Part shown: positions 32,728-46,199 of the stretch, piece after piece
Layout: every line of letters begins with the position of its first letter
Position numbering within the stretch: the stretch's first letter is position 1
Assembly (NCBI RefSeq): GCF_009914755.1
Contig: NC_060930.1
Source of the DNA: the human T2T-CHM13v2.0 reference genome, Homo sapiens
Length of the DNA stretch: 64,000 nucleotides
Direction: 5' to 3' (one strand)
The notes under the pieces: model-generated
Seen by the model: the letters and a program-made list of their open reading frames with translations, nothing else
Told to the model about the DNA's origin: nothing
The model's database searches: none
Position numbers and translations under genes: made by a program

Positions 32728-35700
32728 GAGTTGCCCCTCCCCCCACCCCATGGTATAACTGGTGTACACATATGCACAGAGACTTACAGCCCTGTGCCCA
32801 CTAGTGCCCCACCCTAGCTGATGAGTGTGCACCCTTCCACTGGCATGTGCAAATGAGCACAAATCCTGCTGTCACAAGACTGAGAAAGTGCTTTGGCTGG
32901 CACCACCCCTAAGAGTGCTACGGCCAGTGGCATGGGAATGCCTTGGCCCCTTCAACACAGTAGGTTTCTAACCTCAAGGGGCCAGAGGACTAAGCCGGGG
33001 ACTCGATACCAGCCACACAGAGTTAGAGCACGCAGCCCAGTAGTGCTGAGCTGAGCCTTGGCCCACGAAAATTTTCCAGATATGAAGTCAGTTGACTGAA
33101 TTCACATTATACCAAAATCAAGTCACCAGGGGGCATCAAAGTAAATAAAAGCAAAAAAGAAAAACAACAACAACAACAAAACATCCAAAGGACAGCAACT
33201 TCAAAGATTGAAGGAACATCAGCCAACACAGATGAGAAAGAAGCACAAGAACTCTGGCAACTCAAAAACACACAGAGTTTTTATACCTCTAAATGACCAC
33301 AACATAATGACAGGATAACATTCACACATATCAATATTAACCTTGAATTTAAATAGGCTAAATGCCCTCAAGTAAAATGCATGGAGAGAAAGTTGGATAA
33401 AGAAGCAAGATCCAATTGTATGCTGTCATCAAGAGACTCATCTCACATGCAATGACACCCATAGGCTCAAGGTACAAGGAGGAAAACATATCTACCAAGC
33501 AAACATAAATTGCTGTTCTAATTTCAGACAAAACAGACTTTAAACCAGCAAAATTAAAAAACAAAGAAGGATATAACATCATAGTAAAGCATTCACCTCC
33601 ACAAGAGGACCCAACTATTCCAAATAAATACACACCCAACATATGAGCACTCATATTCATAAAGAAAGCAAGTGCTCACAGACCTTTGAAGACACTTAGA
33701 CAACCATACAATAATAGTGGGAGATTTTAACACCTCACTAACAATATCAGACAGATCATTGAGGCAGAAAGCTAACAAAGATATTCAAGACCTAAAGTTG
33801 ACACTTGACCAAATGGACCTAATAGACATCTACAGAACTCTCCACCCCAAAACAACAGAATATAAATTCTTCTCATCTACACATGGCATACTCTAAAGTC
33901 AACCACACAATTAGTCATGAAACAATCCTCAGCAAATTTTTAAAAAACTAAAATTATAACAACTACATGCTCTCACCAACAAAAAAAGAAAACTTCAGTA
34001 TTCTTAATGAACATAGACACAAAAATCCTCACCAAAATACTGCAAACTGACTTCAGCAGCACATCTAAAACCTAATCCACAACGATCAAGTAGGCTTTAT
34101 CCCTGATATGCAAGGTTGGTTCAACATATGCAAATCAATAAATGTGATTCATAACATAAACAGAACTGAAAACAAATACCACGTAATTAATAGGTGCAGA
34201 AAAGCCTTTTGATAAAATTCAACATCTTCATGTTATAAAGAAAAAGACCCTCAAGAAACAAGGCATTGAAGGAACATACCTCAAAATAATAAGAACCATT
34301 TATGGTAAAGCCACAGCCAACCTCATACTAAAGAGGCAAAAGCTGGAAGCATTTCCCATAAAAACTGAAAGAAGACAAGGATGCTCATTCTCACCACTTC
34401 TATGCCACATAGTACTAGACACCCTGGTTACAACAATCAAGCAAGAAAAGAAATAAAAGTCATCCAAATAGGAAGTGAAACTATCCCTGTTTGCAGACTA
34501 TATTATTCTATACCTAGAAAACCCCATGATTTCTTCCCATAGCTCTTTGATCTAATTAACACCTTCAGCAAAGTTTCAGGATACAAACTCAATATACAAA
34601 AATTAGTAGCATTCCTATACACCAACGACATCCAAGCTGAAAGCCAAATCAAAAATTCAATCCCATTTATAATAGTCACAAAAAGAATAAACCGCCTAGG
34701 AATACAGCTAATGAGGGAGGTGAAAGATCTCTATGATGAAAATTACAAAACACTATTCAAAGAAATCAGAGATGACACAAATGGAAAGCATTTCATATTC
34801 ATGGATAGGAGGGATCAACATTGTTAAAATGTTCATACTGCTCAAAGAAATTTACAGATTCAATGTGATTCCTATCAATTTACCAATGATATTTTTCAGA
34901 GAATTAGAAAAAAGCTATTTTAAAATTCATATGGAACCAAAAATAAAGCCCAAATAGCTAAGGCAATCCTAAGCAAAAAGAACCAACCTGGAGACATCAT
35001 GCTACCCAATTTCAAACTACACTAAAAGGGTACAGTAAACAAAAGAGTACGGTACTGGTAGAAAAACAGACACATAGACCAATGGAGAAGAATAGAGACC
35101 CCAGAAATAATGCCACAAACCTACAACCATCTGATCTTTGATGACATCAATGAAAACAAGCAATGGGGCAAAGACTTGCTACTCAATAAATGGTGCTGTG
35201 ATAACAGGCTAGCCATATACAGAGGATTAAAATTGGACCCCTTCCTCACACCATATATACAAAAGTAAACACAAGATGAATTAAAGACTTAAATGTAATA
35301 CCTAAAACTATAAAAACTCTGGAAGATAACCTAGGAAATACCATTCTGGACATAGGACCTGACGAATACTTCATGATGAAGGTGCCACAGGCAATTGCTA
35401 CAAAAACAAAAATTGACAAACAGGACCTAATTAAACTAAAAGCTTCTGCACAACAAAATTAACTGCCAGAGTAAATAGACAACCTACAGAATAGGAAAAA
35501 ATTTTGCAAACTATGCATCCATCAAAGGTCTAATAGCCAGAATCTATAAGGAACTTAATTTAACAAGCACAAAACAACTTCATTAAAAAATGGGCAAAGA
35601 ACAGGAATGCTTTTCAGAAGATTTACATGCAGCCAACAAAGATATAAAAAGATGCTGAACATCACTGATCACTAGGGAAATGCAAAGCAAACCCAATATT

Positions 35701-36415
35701 AGATAGCATCTCACACTACTCAGAATGATTATTACTAAAAAGTCAAAAAATAACAGATGCTGGCAAAGTTGGTGAGAAAAAGAAATGCTTATACACTGCT
35801 GGTGGGAATGTAAATTAGTTCATCCATTGGGGAAAGCAGTTTGGTGATTTCTCAAAGAATTCAAAACAGAATTACCATTTAACCCAGCAATGCCATCATT
35901 GTGTATATACCCAAAGGAATATAAATTATTCTACCATAAAGATACCTGCTCGCATATGTTTATTGCAGCACTGTTCACAATAAGCAAGACATGGAATCAA
36001 CCTAAATGCTCATCAATGGTAGACTGGATTTTTAAAAATTGGTACATATACACCATGGAATACCATGCAGTCATAAAAATGTGATTATTTCCTTTGCAGC
36101 AATATGGATGTAGCTGGAGGCCATTATCCCAAATGAACTATCACAGGAACAGAAAGCCAAATACTGCACGTTCTCACTTATAAGTGGGAACTAAACATTG
36201 AGTACGTACAGACACAAAAAATGAAGCAGACACCAAGGCCCACTTGAGGATGGAGGGTGGAAGGAGGGTGAGGACTGAAAAACTACCTGTCAGGTTCTAT
36301 GCTTATTCCCTGGGCAATGGAATAAACTGTACACTAAACCCCTGTGACATGTAATTTACCTATATAAAAAACCTGCACATGTTCTCCTAAATCTAAAATA
36401 AAAAAATTTTAAAAC
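32728..36415 (+). mobile_element. L1PA15/16-type LINE-1 with large internal deletions, nested in L1PB4
   Basis: Partial 5' UTR; jumps at ~33300 (ORF1 start to ORF2 start) and ~33975 (EN end to pre-RT). 3' end aaaaactacct..aaacccctgtgacatgtaattt. TSD aagata(t/c)aaa at 32718-32727 and 36416-36425, after which the host ORF2 resumes colinearly. Confidence 0.85.
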
Positions 36416-37399
36416 AAGATACAAATGGCCAATAAACATATGAAAAAAACTCCACATCATCAATAATTAGAGAAATGCAAATTAAAACCACTATGAGATA
36501 CCACCTTACTTTAGCCAGAATGGCCACTATAAAAAGTTGAAAAACAATAAATGTTGACATAGATGTGGTGCAAAGGGAATAATTATACACTGCTGGTGGG
36601 AATGTAAATTAGTATAACCTCTATGGAAAACAGTATGTAGATTTCTCAAAGAACTAAAAGTAGATCTACCATTTGATCCAGAAATCCCACTATTGACTAT
36701 CCACCCAAAAGAAAAGAAATTACTATATCAAAAAAGACACCTGCACATGTATGTTTATCACAGCACGATTTACAATTGCAAAGACATGGCACTAACTTAA
36801 GTACCCACCAACTGATGAGTAGATAAAGAAAATATGGTATATATACACGCTGGAATACCACTCAGCCATAAAAAAGAATGAAATGATGTGTTTTGCAGTA
36901 ACTTGAATGAAACTGGAGGCTATCATTCTAAGTGAAGTAACTCAGGAATGGAAATTCAAATACCATATGTTCTTACTTATAAATGGGAACTAAGATACGG
37001 GTTCACAAAGGCATACAGAGGGGTATGATGGGCATTGGAAACTCAGGAGGGGGTAGGGTGGGGAAGTGAGGGAGAAAGCACTACCTATTTGGTACAATGT
37101 AAATTAATCAAATGACAGGTGCACTAATACTTCAGACTTTAACACTATACAATTCATAAATGCAACCAAAACCACTTGTACCCCTAAAGCTATTGAATTT
37201 TTAAAAATTCTAGGTAATTTAATGTCCTATGTGCATAATTTATTCAATAACTTAGCAGTTCCTTGGTCTCTTAAAGTTCAGTGAGATTCTCCACATTCTG
37301 GTTAAGTCATCCCGTAAGAAGGCCTCAAAACCTGAACACTGAGTGCAGGGATAGTTAATCTGTAGAAGATGATCTCTAAAATTATCATTAAAGGAAAAG

Positions 37400-37670
37400 T
37401 AGCTAAGGCCTCACCTAGCAGGTACTGGGAAAGGTGGGATGAGATGAGAGATGACAGTAAGTGAGGAAGAGGGAATTCTACTCAATGCAGACATCATGAA
37501 TAATGGGAAGGAGATGAAAAAGAGATTGGTAATGGATTAACCATAAGATGTTTGGGGAGGCTGGGAGTGATAAGAGATGAAGATCAAAGGAGACAGAGTA
37601 GGGATCTGATCACATGTCATGCTAAGGAAATTTGATCTTATTTATGGACCACAAAGAGCTATTGAAAGGT
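37400..37670 (-). mobile_element. L2 fragment, continuing briefly after 42479
   Basis: catgctaaggaaatttgatcttat..attgaaaggtgttaa(g)cag..atgaccagat antisense L2 pattern. Confidence 0.55.
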
Positions 37671-37898
37671 GTTAAACAGAAAAAAAACTGCTTCTACGCT
37701 CAGAAGCCATTTCTGGCATCAAATGTATGGGATTTCCATGCCAAACAATTCTTCAATTCTCAGAGGAAACCAACTGGTTGTCCTCTAATTAATTAAATTC
37801 TGAAACTAACTACCAGGAATTATCACAGACCTCACAGGCTAAGGGCTCAATCCTACAAAACTGCTGCCCACTTCCATTGCAAGTAGCGAGTTCCTAGG

Positions 37899-40180
37899 TG
37901 ATATGGTTTAGCTCTGTGTCCCCACCCAAATCTCATCTTGAATTGTCCTCCCATAATTCCCACGTGTTGTGGGAGGGACCCAGTGGGAGATAATTGAATC
38001 ATGGGGGGGCAGTTTCTTCCATACTGTTCTCATGGTAGTGTATAAGTCTCACAAGATCTGATGGTTTAATAAGCAGAAACCCATTTCACTTGATTCTCAT
38101 TCTCTCTCTTCCCTGCTGAGATGTAAGATGTGCCTTTTGCCTTCTTCCATGATTGTGAGGCCTCCCCAGCCAAGTGGAACTGTGAGTTCAATTAAACGTT
38201 TTTCTTTTGTAAATTACCAAGTCTTGGGTATGCCTTTATCAGCAGTGTGAAAATGAACTAATACAGCAAATTTGTACCAGTAGAGTGGTGCGCTGCTGAG
38301 AAGATACCCCAAAATGTGGAAGCAAATTTGGAACAGGCTAACAGGCAGAGGATGGAACAGTTTGGAGGGCTCAGAAGAAGACAGGAAAATGTGGTAAAGT
38401 TTGAAACTTCCTAGAGACTTGTTGAATGCTTTTGCTCAAAATGGTGATAGTGATATGAACAATAAAGTCCAGGCTGAGGTGGTCTCAAATGGAAATGAGG
38501 AACTTGTTGGGAACTGGAGCAAAGGTAATGTTATGTTTTAGCAAAGAGAACTGGCAGCATTTTGCTCCTGCCCTAGAGATTTGTGGAATTTTGAACTTGA
38601 GAGTGATGATTTAGTGTATCTAGCAGAAGAAATTTCTAAGCAACAACGCATTCAAGATGTAACTTGGGTGCTGTTAAAGGCATTCAGTTTTATAAGGGAA
38701 GCAGAGCATAAAAGTTCAGAAAATAGGCAGCCTGACAATGTGATAGAAAAAAAAAATCCCATTTTCTGAGAAGAAATTCAAGCTGGCCACAGAAATTTGC
38801 ATAAGTAATGAGAAGCCCAATGTTAATCCCCAAGACCATGGGAAAATGTCTCCAGGGCATGTCAGAGGTCTTCACAGCAGCCCCTCCCATCATAGGCCTG
38901 GAGGCCTAGGAGGAAAAAGTGGATTTGTGGGCTGGGCCCAGGGTCTGAGTGCTGTGTGCAGCCAAGGGACTTGGTGCCCTGTGTCCCAGTCACTCCAGCC
39001 ATGGCTGAAAGGAGCCAACATAGAGGTCAGGCTATGGTTTCAGAGGGTGGAAGCCTCAAGCCTTGGCAGCCTTCATGTGGTATTGAGCCTGAGAGTACAC
39101 AGACATCAAGAATTGGGGTTTGGGAACCTCTGCCTAGATTTCAGAATATGTATGGAAACGCCTGGCTGTCCAGGCAGAAGTTTGCAGCATGGAGAACCTC
39201 TACTATGGCATTGTGGAAGGGAAATGTGAGGTCTGAGCCCCCGCACAGAGTCTCTACTAGCGCACCACCTAGTGGAGCTGTGAGAAGAAGGCCACCATCC
39301 TCCAGACTCCAGAATGGTAGATTCACCAACAGCTTGCACTGTGAGCCTGGTAAAGCCCTAGACACTTAATGCCAGCTTGTGAAAGCAGCTGGGAGGGATG
39401 CTGTACCCTGCAAAGCCACAAGGGTGGAGCTGCTCAAGATCATGGGAACCCACCTCTTGCATCAGTGTGACCCAGATGCGAGACATGGTGTCAAAGGAGA
39501 TCATTTTGGAGCTTTAAGATTTGACTGCCCTGCTAAATTCTGAACTTGCAGATGGCCAGTAGCTCCTTTGTTTTGGCCAATTTCTCCCTTTTAAAATGGC
39601 TGTATTTACCCAATGCCTGTACCCCCACTGTATCTAGGAAGTAACTAAGTTGCTCTTGATTTTATAAGCTCATAGGTGGAAGGGACTTGTCTTGTTTCAG
39701 ATAAGACTTTGGACTGTGGACTTTTGAGTTAATGCTGAAATGAGTTAAAACTTTGGGGGACTGTTGGGAAGCCATGATTGGTTTTGAGATGTGAGGACAT
39801 GAGATTTGGCAGAGGCCAGGGGCAGAATAATATGCTTTGGCTCTGTGTCCCCACTCAAATCTCAAATTGTATTCCCATCATTCCCATGTATTGTGGGAAG
39901 GACCTGGTGGGAGATAATTGAATCATGGGAGTGGTTTCTCCCATACTGTTCTCAGGGTAGTGAATAAGTCTCACGAGATCTGATGGTTTGATAAGGGGAA
40001 ACCTGTTTTACATGATTCTCATTCTCTCTCTTGCCCACTTTGATGTAAGTCATGCCTTTTGCCTTCCACCATGATTGTGAGGCCTCCCCAGCCATGGGGA
40101 ACTGAGTCAAATTAAAACTCTTTCTTTTGTGAATTACCCAGTCCTGGCTATGTCTTTATTGCAGCATGAAAATGAATACA
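37899..40180 (+). mobile_element. Full-length THE1 (THE1C/D-like) MaLR provirus: LTR 37899-38265, internal, LTR 39828-40180
   Basis: Two ~360 bp direct LTRs (tgatatggttt..ctgtgtccccac..aataca) flanking ~1.56 kb of THE1-int; TSD c(t/c)agg. Confidence 0.95.
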
Positions 40181-40342
40181 CCAGGTTACCTACATTTTGT
40201 CTGACTTGGACAAAATTCAAAGCTTCCCACAAGCTTATTGAGCTCAGGCTCAATAATTTGTCATAAAGCCTCATGGAACTCAGGGAAACACTTTACTATT
40301 ACCAGTTTATTATAAAGGATATTATAAAAATACAAATGAACA

Positions 40343-41984
40343 GCATTGAATCTATAAATTGCTTTGGGCAGTATAACCATTTTCACAATATTGATTGTTC
40401 CTGTCTATGAGAGTGGAATGTTTCTCCATCTGTTTGTGTCCTCTCTGATTTCCTTAACTAGCATTGACATTCTTCATAGAACTAGAAAAAACTATTTTAA
40501 AATCTATGTGGAACCAAAAAAGAGCGCATATGGCCAGGAACAATCCTAAGCAAAAAGAACAAAGCTGGAGGCTTCACACTACCCAACTACAAACTATACT
40601 ACAAGGCTACAGTAACCAAAACAGCATAGTACTGGTACATGGTACTGGTACATGACACATAGACCAATGGAACAGAATAGAGAACTCAGAAATAAAATCA
40701 CACGTCTACAACCATCTGATCTTTGACAAACCTGACAAAACAAACAATGGGGAAAGGTTTCCCTATTTAACAAATGGTGCTGGGAGAACTGGCTAATCGT
40801 ATGCAGAAATTGAAACTGGACCCCTTCCTTACACCTTATACAAAATTAACTCAAGATTGATTACAGATTTAAATGTAAAACCCCAAACTATAAAAACCAT
40901 AGAAGAAAATCTAGGCAACACCATTCAGGACATAGGCATGCGCAAAGACTTTATGTTGAAATTGCCAAAAGCAATTGCAACAAAAGCAAAAATTGACAAA
41001 TGGGATCTAACTAAACTAAAGAGCTTCTGCACAGCAAAAGAAACTATCATCAGGGGGAACAGACAACCTACAGAATTGGAGAAAAATTTTACACTCTATT
41101 CACCTGAAAAGGGTCTAATATCCAGAATCTACAAGGAACTTAAGCAAATTTATGAGAATAAAACAACCCCATTAAAAAGTGGGCAAAGGATACGAACAGG
41201 CACTTCTCAAAAGAAGACATGCATGTCGCCAACCATATGAAGAAAAAGCTCAACGTCACTGAGAGAAATGCAAATCAAAACCACAATGAGACACCATCTC
41301 ATGCCAGTCAGAATGGCAATTATTAAAATGGTAAGAAATAGATGCTGACAAGGTTGTAGAGAAATTGAAATGCTTTTATACTGTTGGTGGTAAGCTAAAT
41401 TAGTTCAACCATTGTGGAAGATGGTGTGGTGATTCCTCAAAGATTTAGAACCAGAAATACCATTTGACCCAGCAATCTTATTACTGGGTATATACCCAAA
41501 GGAATCATTCTATTATAAAGATATATGCACACGTATGTTCATTGCAGTAGTATTCACAACAAAGACATGGAATCAACCCAAATGCCCATCAATGATAGAC
41601 TGGATAAAGAAAATGTGGTGCATACACAACCATGTAATACTGTGCAGCCATAAAAAGGAATGAGATCATATGTCTTGCAAGGAACTGGATAAAGCTGGAA
41701 GCCATTATCCTCAGCAAACTAATGCAGGAACAGAAAACCAAACACCACATGTTCTTACTTATAAGTGGAAGCTAAACAGTGAGAACACATGGACACAGGG
41801 AGGGGAACACCACAAACTGGGGCCTGTTGGGGGAGGGCAGGAAGGGTGAGAACATCAGGAAAAATAGCTAATGCAAGCTGGACTTGGTACCTAGGTGATG
41901 GGTTGACAAGTGCAGCAAACCACCATGGCACACATTTACCTATGTAACAAACCTGTATATCCTGCACATGTACCCCAGAACATA
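40343..41984 (+). mobile_element. 5'-truncated L1PA (PA8-PA10-like) with 5' inversion
   Basis: Antisense L1 at 40343-40455, then sense L1 from 40456 to the 3' end; TSD ~a(a/g)aaa(t/c)acaaatgaaca at 40326-40342 and 41985-42001; almost no A-tail left. Confidence 0.9.
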
Positions 41985-42557
41985 AGAAACACAAATGAAC
42001 AATCAGATGAAGAGGTACCTAGGGCGAGGTCTGAAAGAGTCTCTAGCACAGGAGCTTCTCTTCCCATGGAGTTGGAGTGCCTTCCCTGCAGAGAGATGCA
42101 TTTGCTAACCCAGAAGCTCTCTGAATTTCATTGTTTAGGATTTTTTATGGAGGCTCTATGTCAGCATGATTGAATAAATCACTGGCCATTACTGACTGAA
42201 CTCAAGCTCCAGCCCCTCCCTCCTTCCAAAAAGTCAGGGGATGAGGTGGAAAGTTCCAACCTTCTAAACACATGGTTGGCTCCTCTGGAAGCTTTCTAGG
42301 ACACATCCCCCAGCCACACCCCAACCAAGAGTGATCACATTAGCATGAACTCAGGTATGACTGAAAGGGGCTTATGAAAAACAAATAATGCTCCTTTTAC
42401 CCCTATAACTTAAGAAGATACAAGTGTTTCAGAAACTGTGTGCCAGGAGACCACATATGTTTTTCTTATTATGTCACAGGTGTTAAGCAGAAAAATTAAA
42501 TGACCAGATATTCTGGGTGGCCATACACAATCTGAATGAGAATATTCACGTTTTTCA

Positions 42558-42595
42558 TTGTGTCCTTTCTGATTTCCTTAACTAGCGTTGACATT
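42558..42595 (+). repeat. 38 bp direct copy of the L1 inversion junction at 40434-40471
   Basis: ttgtgtcct(t/c)tctgatttccttaactagc(g/a)ttgacatt, 36/38 identical. Confidence 0.93.
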
Positions 42596-42599
42596 AGTC

Positions 42600-43050
42600 T
42601 TGGAAAATGATGAGCCTTAATAGTTTTGAATATCTTCTTCTCCCTAGTCTCTTTCTTCTCTAGTTCTTAGGTTTCTAGTAGACATATTTCTGTGTCTTAA
42701 TTTCTTTTTTATATTTTCCATCTCCATATTTCTGTGGCGAATTTTGAGTGATTTCCTCAAATATATCTTCAAATTTACTATTTTTTCTTTGACTATATCC
42801 AGTCTACCGTTTAACCTATCACTGAGTTTGGTATCACTGATTTTTCATTTCTAGAAATACTGTTTGGCTACTTTTACTTCTCCTTGTTTACTTTCATAAG
42901 CTTATTGTTATATGAACTCTATTATCTAATAACATAAACGTACTCATTGTGATTTCTCTGCATTAGTCAATTCCTAGGGTATAATTTTTTCCTCTTATTT
43001 CCTGATTCTTTTTCATGGTATTAAATTTTCTTATGTTCTAGGTGAGGCTT
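42600..43050 (-). mobile_element. Ancient L1M fragment
   Basis: T-rich antisense ORF1-like sequence (atcttcaaatttacta..tttttcatttctagaa). Confidence 0.55.
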
Positions 43051-43357
43051 TTTGTCTCTGAGCCCCATTTTCAAAATAAAATATCTCTGTGTATGCCAAG
43101 CACAGACATGGTCCTGCCATAAGTAATTTAGACTTCAATATAGGGTGATATGTTTGTAACTTTCACTAGAGGTCTTTAGAGATGCCATTTTTATTTTATT
43201 ATTTTATCTTTTTGTTTCTTAAGTATAAGGATTGTAAAAATTTAAGGCCCAAACCCACATAGTTTTGAGATTTAGAGGCTCCAATATATCACAACTGATG
43301 TCTTACAACTCATATTGGAAACAGATGGCCTACTTTAATGTGTTAACCTTAAGAGGG

Positions 43358-43806
43358 TGTGATGGTTTGAATGTATGTATTCCTCTAAAACTCTTATGCT
43401 GGAACTTAAACATCCAGGTGATGGTATTAAAAGGTGGGGCCTTTGAGAGGTCATTATATAATGAAGGCTACATCCTCATGAATAAGATTAATGCTATCAA
43501 TAAAAGAGGCTTCAGAGAGCTGCCTGGCCCTTCTGTCTCTTCATCCATGTGAGAACACAGCATTCATCCCCTTTTGCCACTTCTGCCTTCCACTATGTGA
43601 AGACACACATTTGCCCCTTCTGCCCTGTGAGGATGCAGCATTAACACAACATCTCAGAAGCAGAGAATAGCCCTCATCAGACACCAAATCAACTGGTGCA
43701 TTGATTTTGGACTTTCTAGCCTCTATAATTTTAAGGAATAAACTTCTCTTCTTAAAATCACCTGGTCTCAGGTATTTTGTTATAGCAGCAGGAACAGGCA
43801 AAGATC
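43358..43806 (+). mobile_element. MaLR solo LTR (MST/MLT1A-like)
   Basis: tgtgatggtttgaatgt..ggtggggcctttgagagg..gtctcaggtattttgttatagcagca. Confidence 0.88.
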
Positions 43807-44009
43807 AAGAGCCATACTTTTTTGGCTCCTAGGGGACTAGTGCTAGCAATGTTATCTCATTTGTCACCCCATTCTCCTATATCCTCCACTTTTCTACCAA
43901 AATTTTCATTTTTGCATCAGTGCAGTCCCCCAGTTAAAAAAAAAATCTGGGCTCATAGATAAGAAAGCTTAGGTTTAATGTGTCCATATATTTGTGTTAT
44001 GTATCAAAA

Positions 44010-44010
<1 letters not shown>

Positions 44011-44039
<29 letters not shown>
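44011..44039. repeat. (TG)n microsatellite
   Basis: Directly visible. Confidence 0.95.
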
Positions 44040-44041
<2 letters not shown>

Positions 44042-44103
44042 TTCTAACTGTAATTTTCCTTAAATATCATTATTCTGGCTGCTTTTTAAAAATTCCTCAT
44101 TGA

Positions 44104-44446
<343 letters not shown>

Positions 44447-45189
44447 CTACAAGATTCAATAAATATTTATTGCATCTTGAATATTTTGCCAAGAGATATA
44501 ATTAAGGACAGTGATTATAATTTATATAATTTACATATGTTAATTTTAAAACTATTATATTAGAATATTTTTCAAAGTAGCCTGCCTCAAAGAAAAGAAA
44601 AATCTCATTCACTTAAGATTTCATCATGTTAAAATTTCAAAAGTGATCCTCATTGTGCTGTTTTGTCCAATTTCCTCATCAGGAAAACCCAGTCTGTTGC
44701 TTGAAGTTGGACTAATTTCCACCAGAGGTTTCATGAGAGTAATATTGACGGATTTCTCCTGATAAAGAGGCCTCACTAGAACTTAAGAATCCCTCAGCAT
44801 AAATATTCTATGACCACTCTGCATATGCTAGGTATCATCTATCTCAAAAGATGTCTTTAGAAACCTAGAAATCAATCAAGAAAGAGCACAGAAGCCTTAT
44901 AAGTATGTCTCTCCAGAGCCATTATAACAGATAGACTTAAAATATCCAAGGAAAACCATAGTTCAGAATCTCATTGAAATTTTATACAATAATATTTTTA
45001 CCACCCAAAACTGTCCAATAAATCTTCCCCTAAAGCTTAGCTTGAATACTCATCTACCTGGGTATCACTAAAAATTTATTCCTGCTTCCTTCACATATTT
45101 TACACCTGGTCCATCTAATATCGTATATAAGAAGATTAAAGACATAATTTTTGAACAACCAATCACCATTATTTGCTATTAGGCAAATT

Positions 45190-46125
45190 TCTAACAACAG
45201 AAAAACACTTTTTTTATAGTGATCATAAATCTCTTAATAAGGATAAGCTTTTCTTTAACAGAATACAAACTAGTAAATATTGGGAAAATGATACAGTTAG
45301 AAAATCACTATCTTACAACAGTCAGTGAGAAAACTGAACCAGGCAAGTGTTGCATCATCAATGCATTATAAAACTATTAGGTAAATATATATATAGGATA
45401 TTCACATGGTACAAAAGCATCATTCCACAGATAACTTGCTAATTACAAAGAAGAAAATCTACCCCCAAAGGAGTAATCTGGAGATCACTACCTTCACCAA
45501 CTGGTTAATCATTGCATCACTAATAATTAGGGGGATCACATGATAGGTGTCTTCTGATGTAGTACAAAAGGAAAAACACAATTTTGTCTTTAGAGTATTC
45601 TCATTGAAAAGATTTAAACTGCATTGAATTAAGCCTTAGACTTAATTTTCAATATATAGAAAGTACAGAGAATAGAAGAACCCCATGAGGAAATAATACA
45701 CAAATTCAGCAGGTGGAATTCCAATGCCACTGGGGGAATAAAAATTTAGATGACTGTTCTAGATTAAAAGAGACTAAGGCAGCATAACCAAATGCATATG
45801 TGAACTTCAATCAGAAACTTGACTAATTAGAGAAAGCAGCTAAAAAATATACATTGTAGATAATTAAGAAAATTGGAATATGGTCTAAGGACTAGATGAT
45901 TTAGGAGATTTGCAATAATTTTGTGTGATAATGATATTGTAGTTACAAGGATAATATCATAAATAGAAAATGCATGCTAAAGTACTTAGGCATAAAGTAT
46001 CATGATTTCTATAGTTTATTTACAAACAGCCCAGCCTCTTACCTCCAAAACAAGGTAGGCAAATAGAAAAGACAAACATAATAAAACATTAGTAATTATT
46101 GACTACAGATGGTGAAGACATGTGT
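45190..46125 (+). mobile_element. L1MC-type 3' end
   Basis: acagttagaaaatcac..agattaaaagagactaa..aaccaaatgca..gataatgatattgt pattern of L1MC4-like 3' UTRs. Confidence 0.7.
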
Positions 46126-46197
46126 TATTAAGTTGGTGCAAGTGTAATTGCCGTTTTTGCCATTAAATGGCAAAATTACTTTTGCACCAAACTAATA
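46126..46197. mobile_element. MADE1 (mariner-derived MITE)
   Basis: Near-palindromic ta-ttaagttggtgcaa..ttgcaccaaactaa-ta with TA flanks. Confidence 0.9.
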
Positions 46198-46199
46198 TT

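Larger units (their letters stand above)
37670..42478 (-). mobile_element. MER21-type LTR split by THE1 and L1PA insertions
   Basis: Segments 37670-37898, 40186-40342 and 42002-42478 rejoin into MER21-like sequence (gaactcagggaaacactttac..acaaatgaac..cagatgaagag..gggcgaggtctg). Confidence 0.8.

Noticed and set aside
33290-33990. Internal L1 deletions as spliced L1 RNA integrants
   Set aside because: As far as I recall the consensus, the deleted segments are not bounded by GT..AG; the junctions look like microhomology deletions.
37049-37072. G-quadruplex motif GGGGG-TA-GGG-T-GGGG-AAGTGA-GGG
   Set aside because: This is the usual G-rich tract of L1 3' UTRs, not locus-specific.
38161-38173. 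Possible PRDM9 hotspot motif CCNCCNTNNCCNC in the THE1 LTRs
   Set aside because: Both LTRs read cctccccagcca(a/t) (38161, 40083), missing the required T at position 7 and C at position 13.
38846-39369. Overlapping 127 and 137 aa ORFs
   Set aside because: THE1-internal sequence; fragments of the known MaLR internal region.
46126-46197. Hairpin resembling a pre-miRNA
   Set aside because: Explained by the MADE1 MITE palindrome. Some MADE1 copies yield miR-548 family members, but nothing here supports that for this shortened copy.
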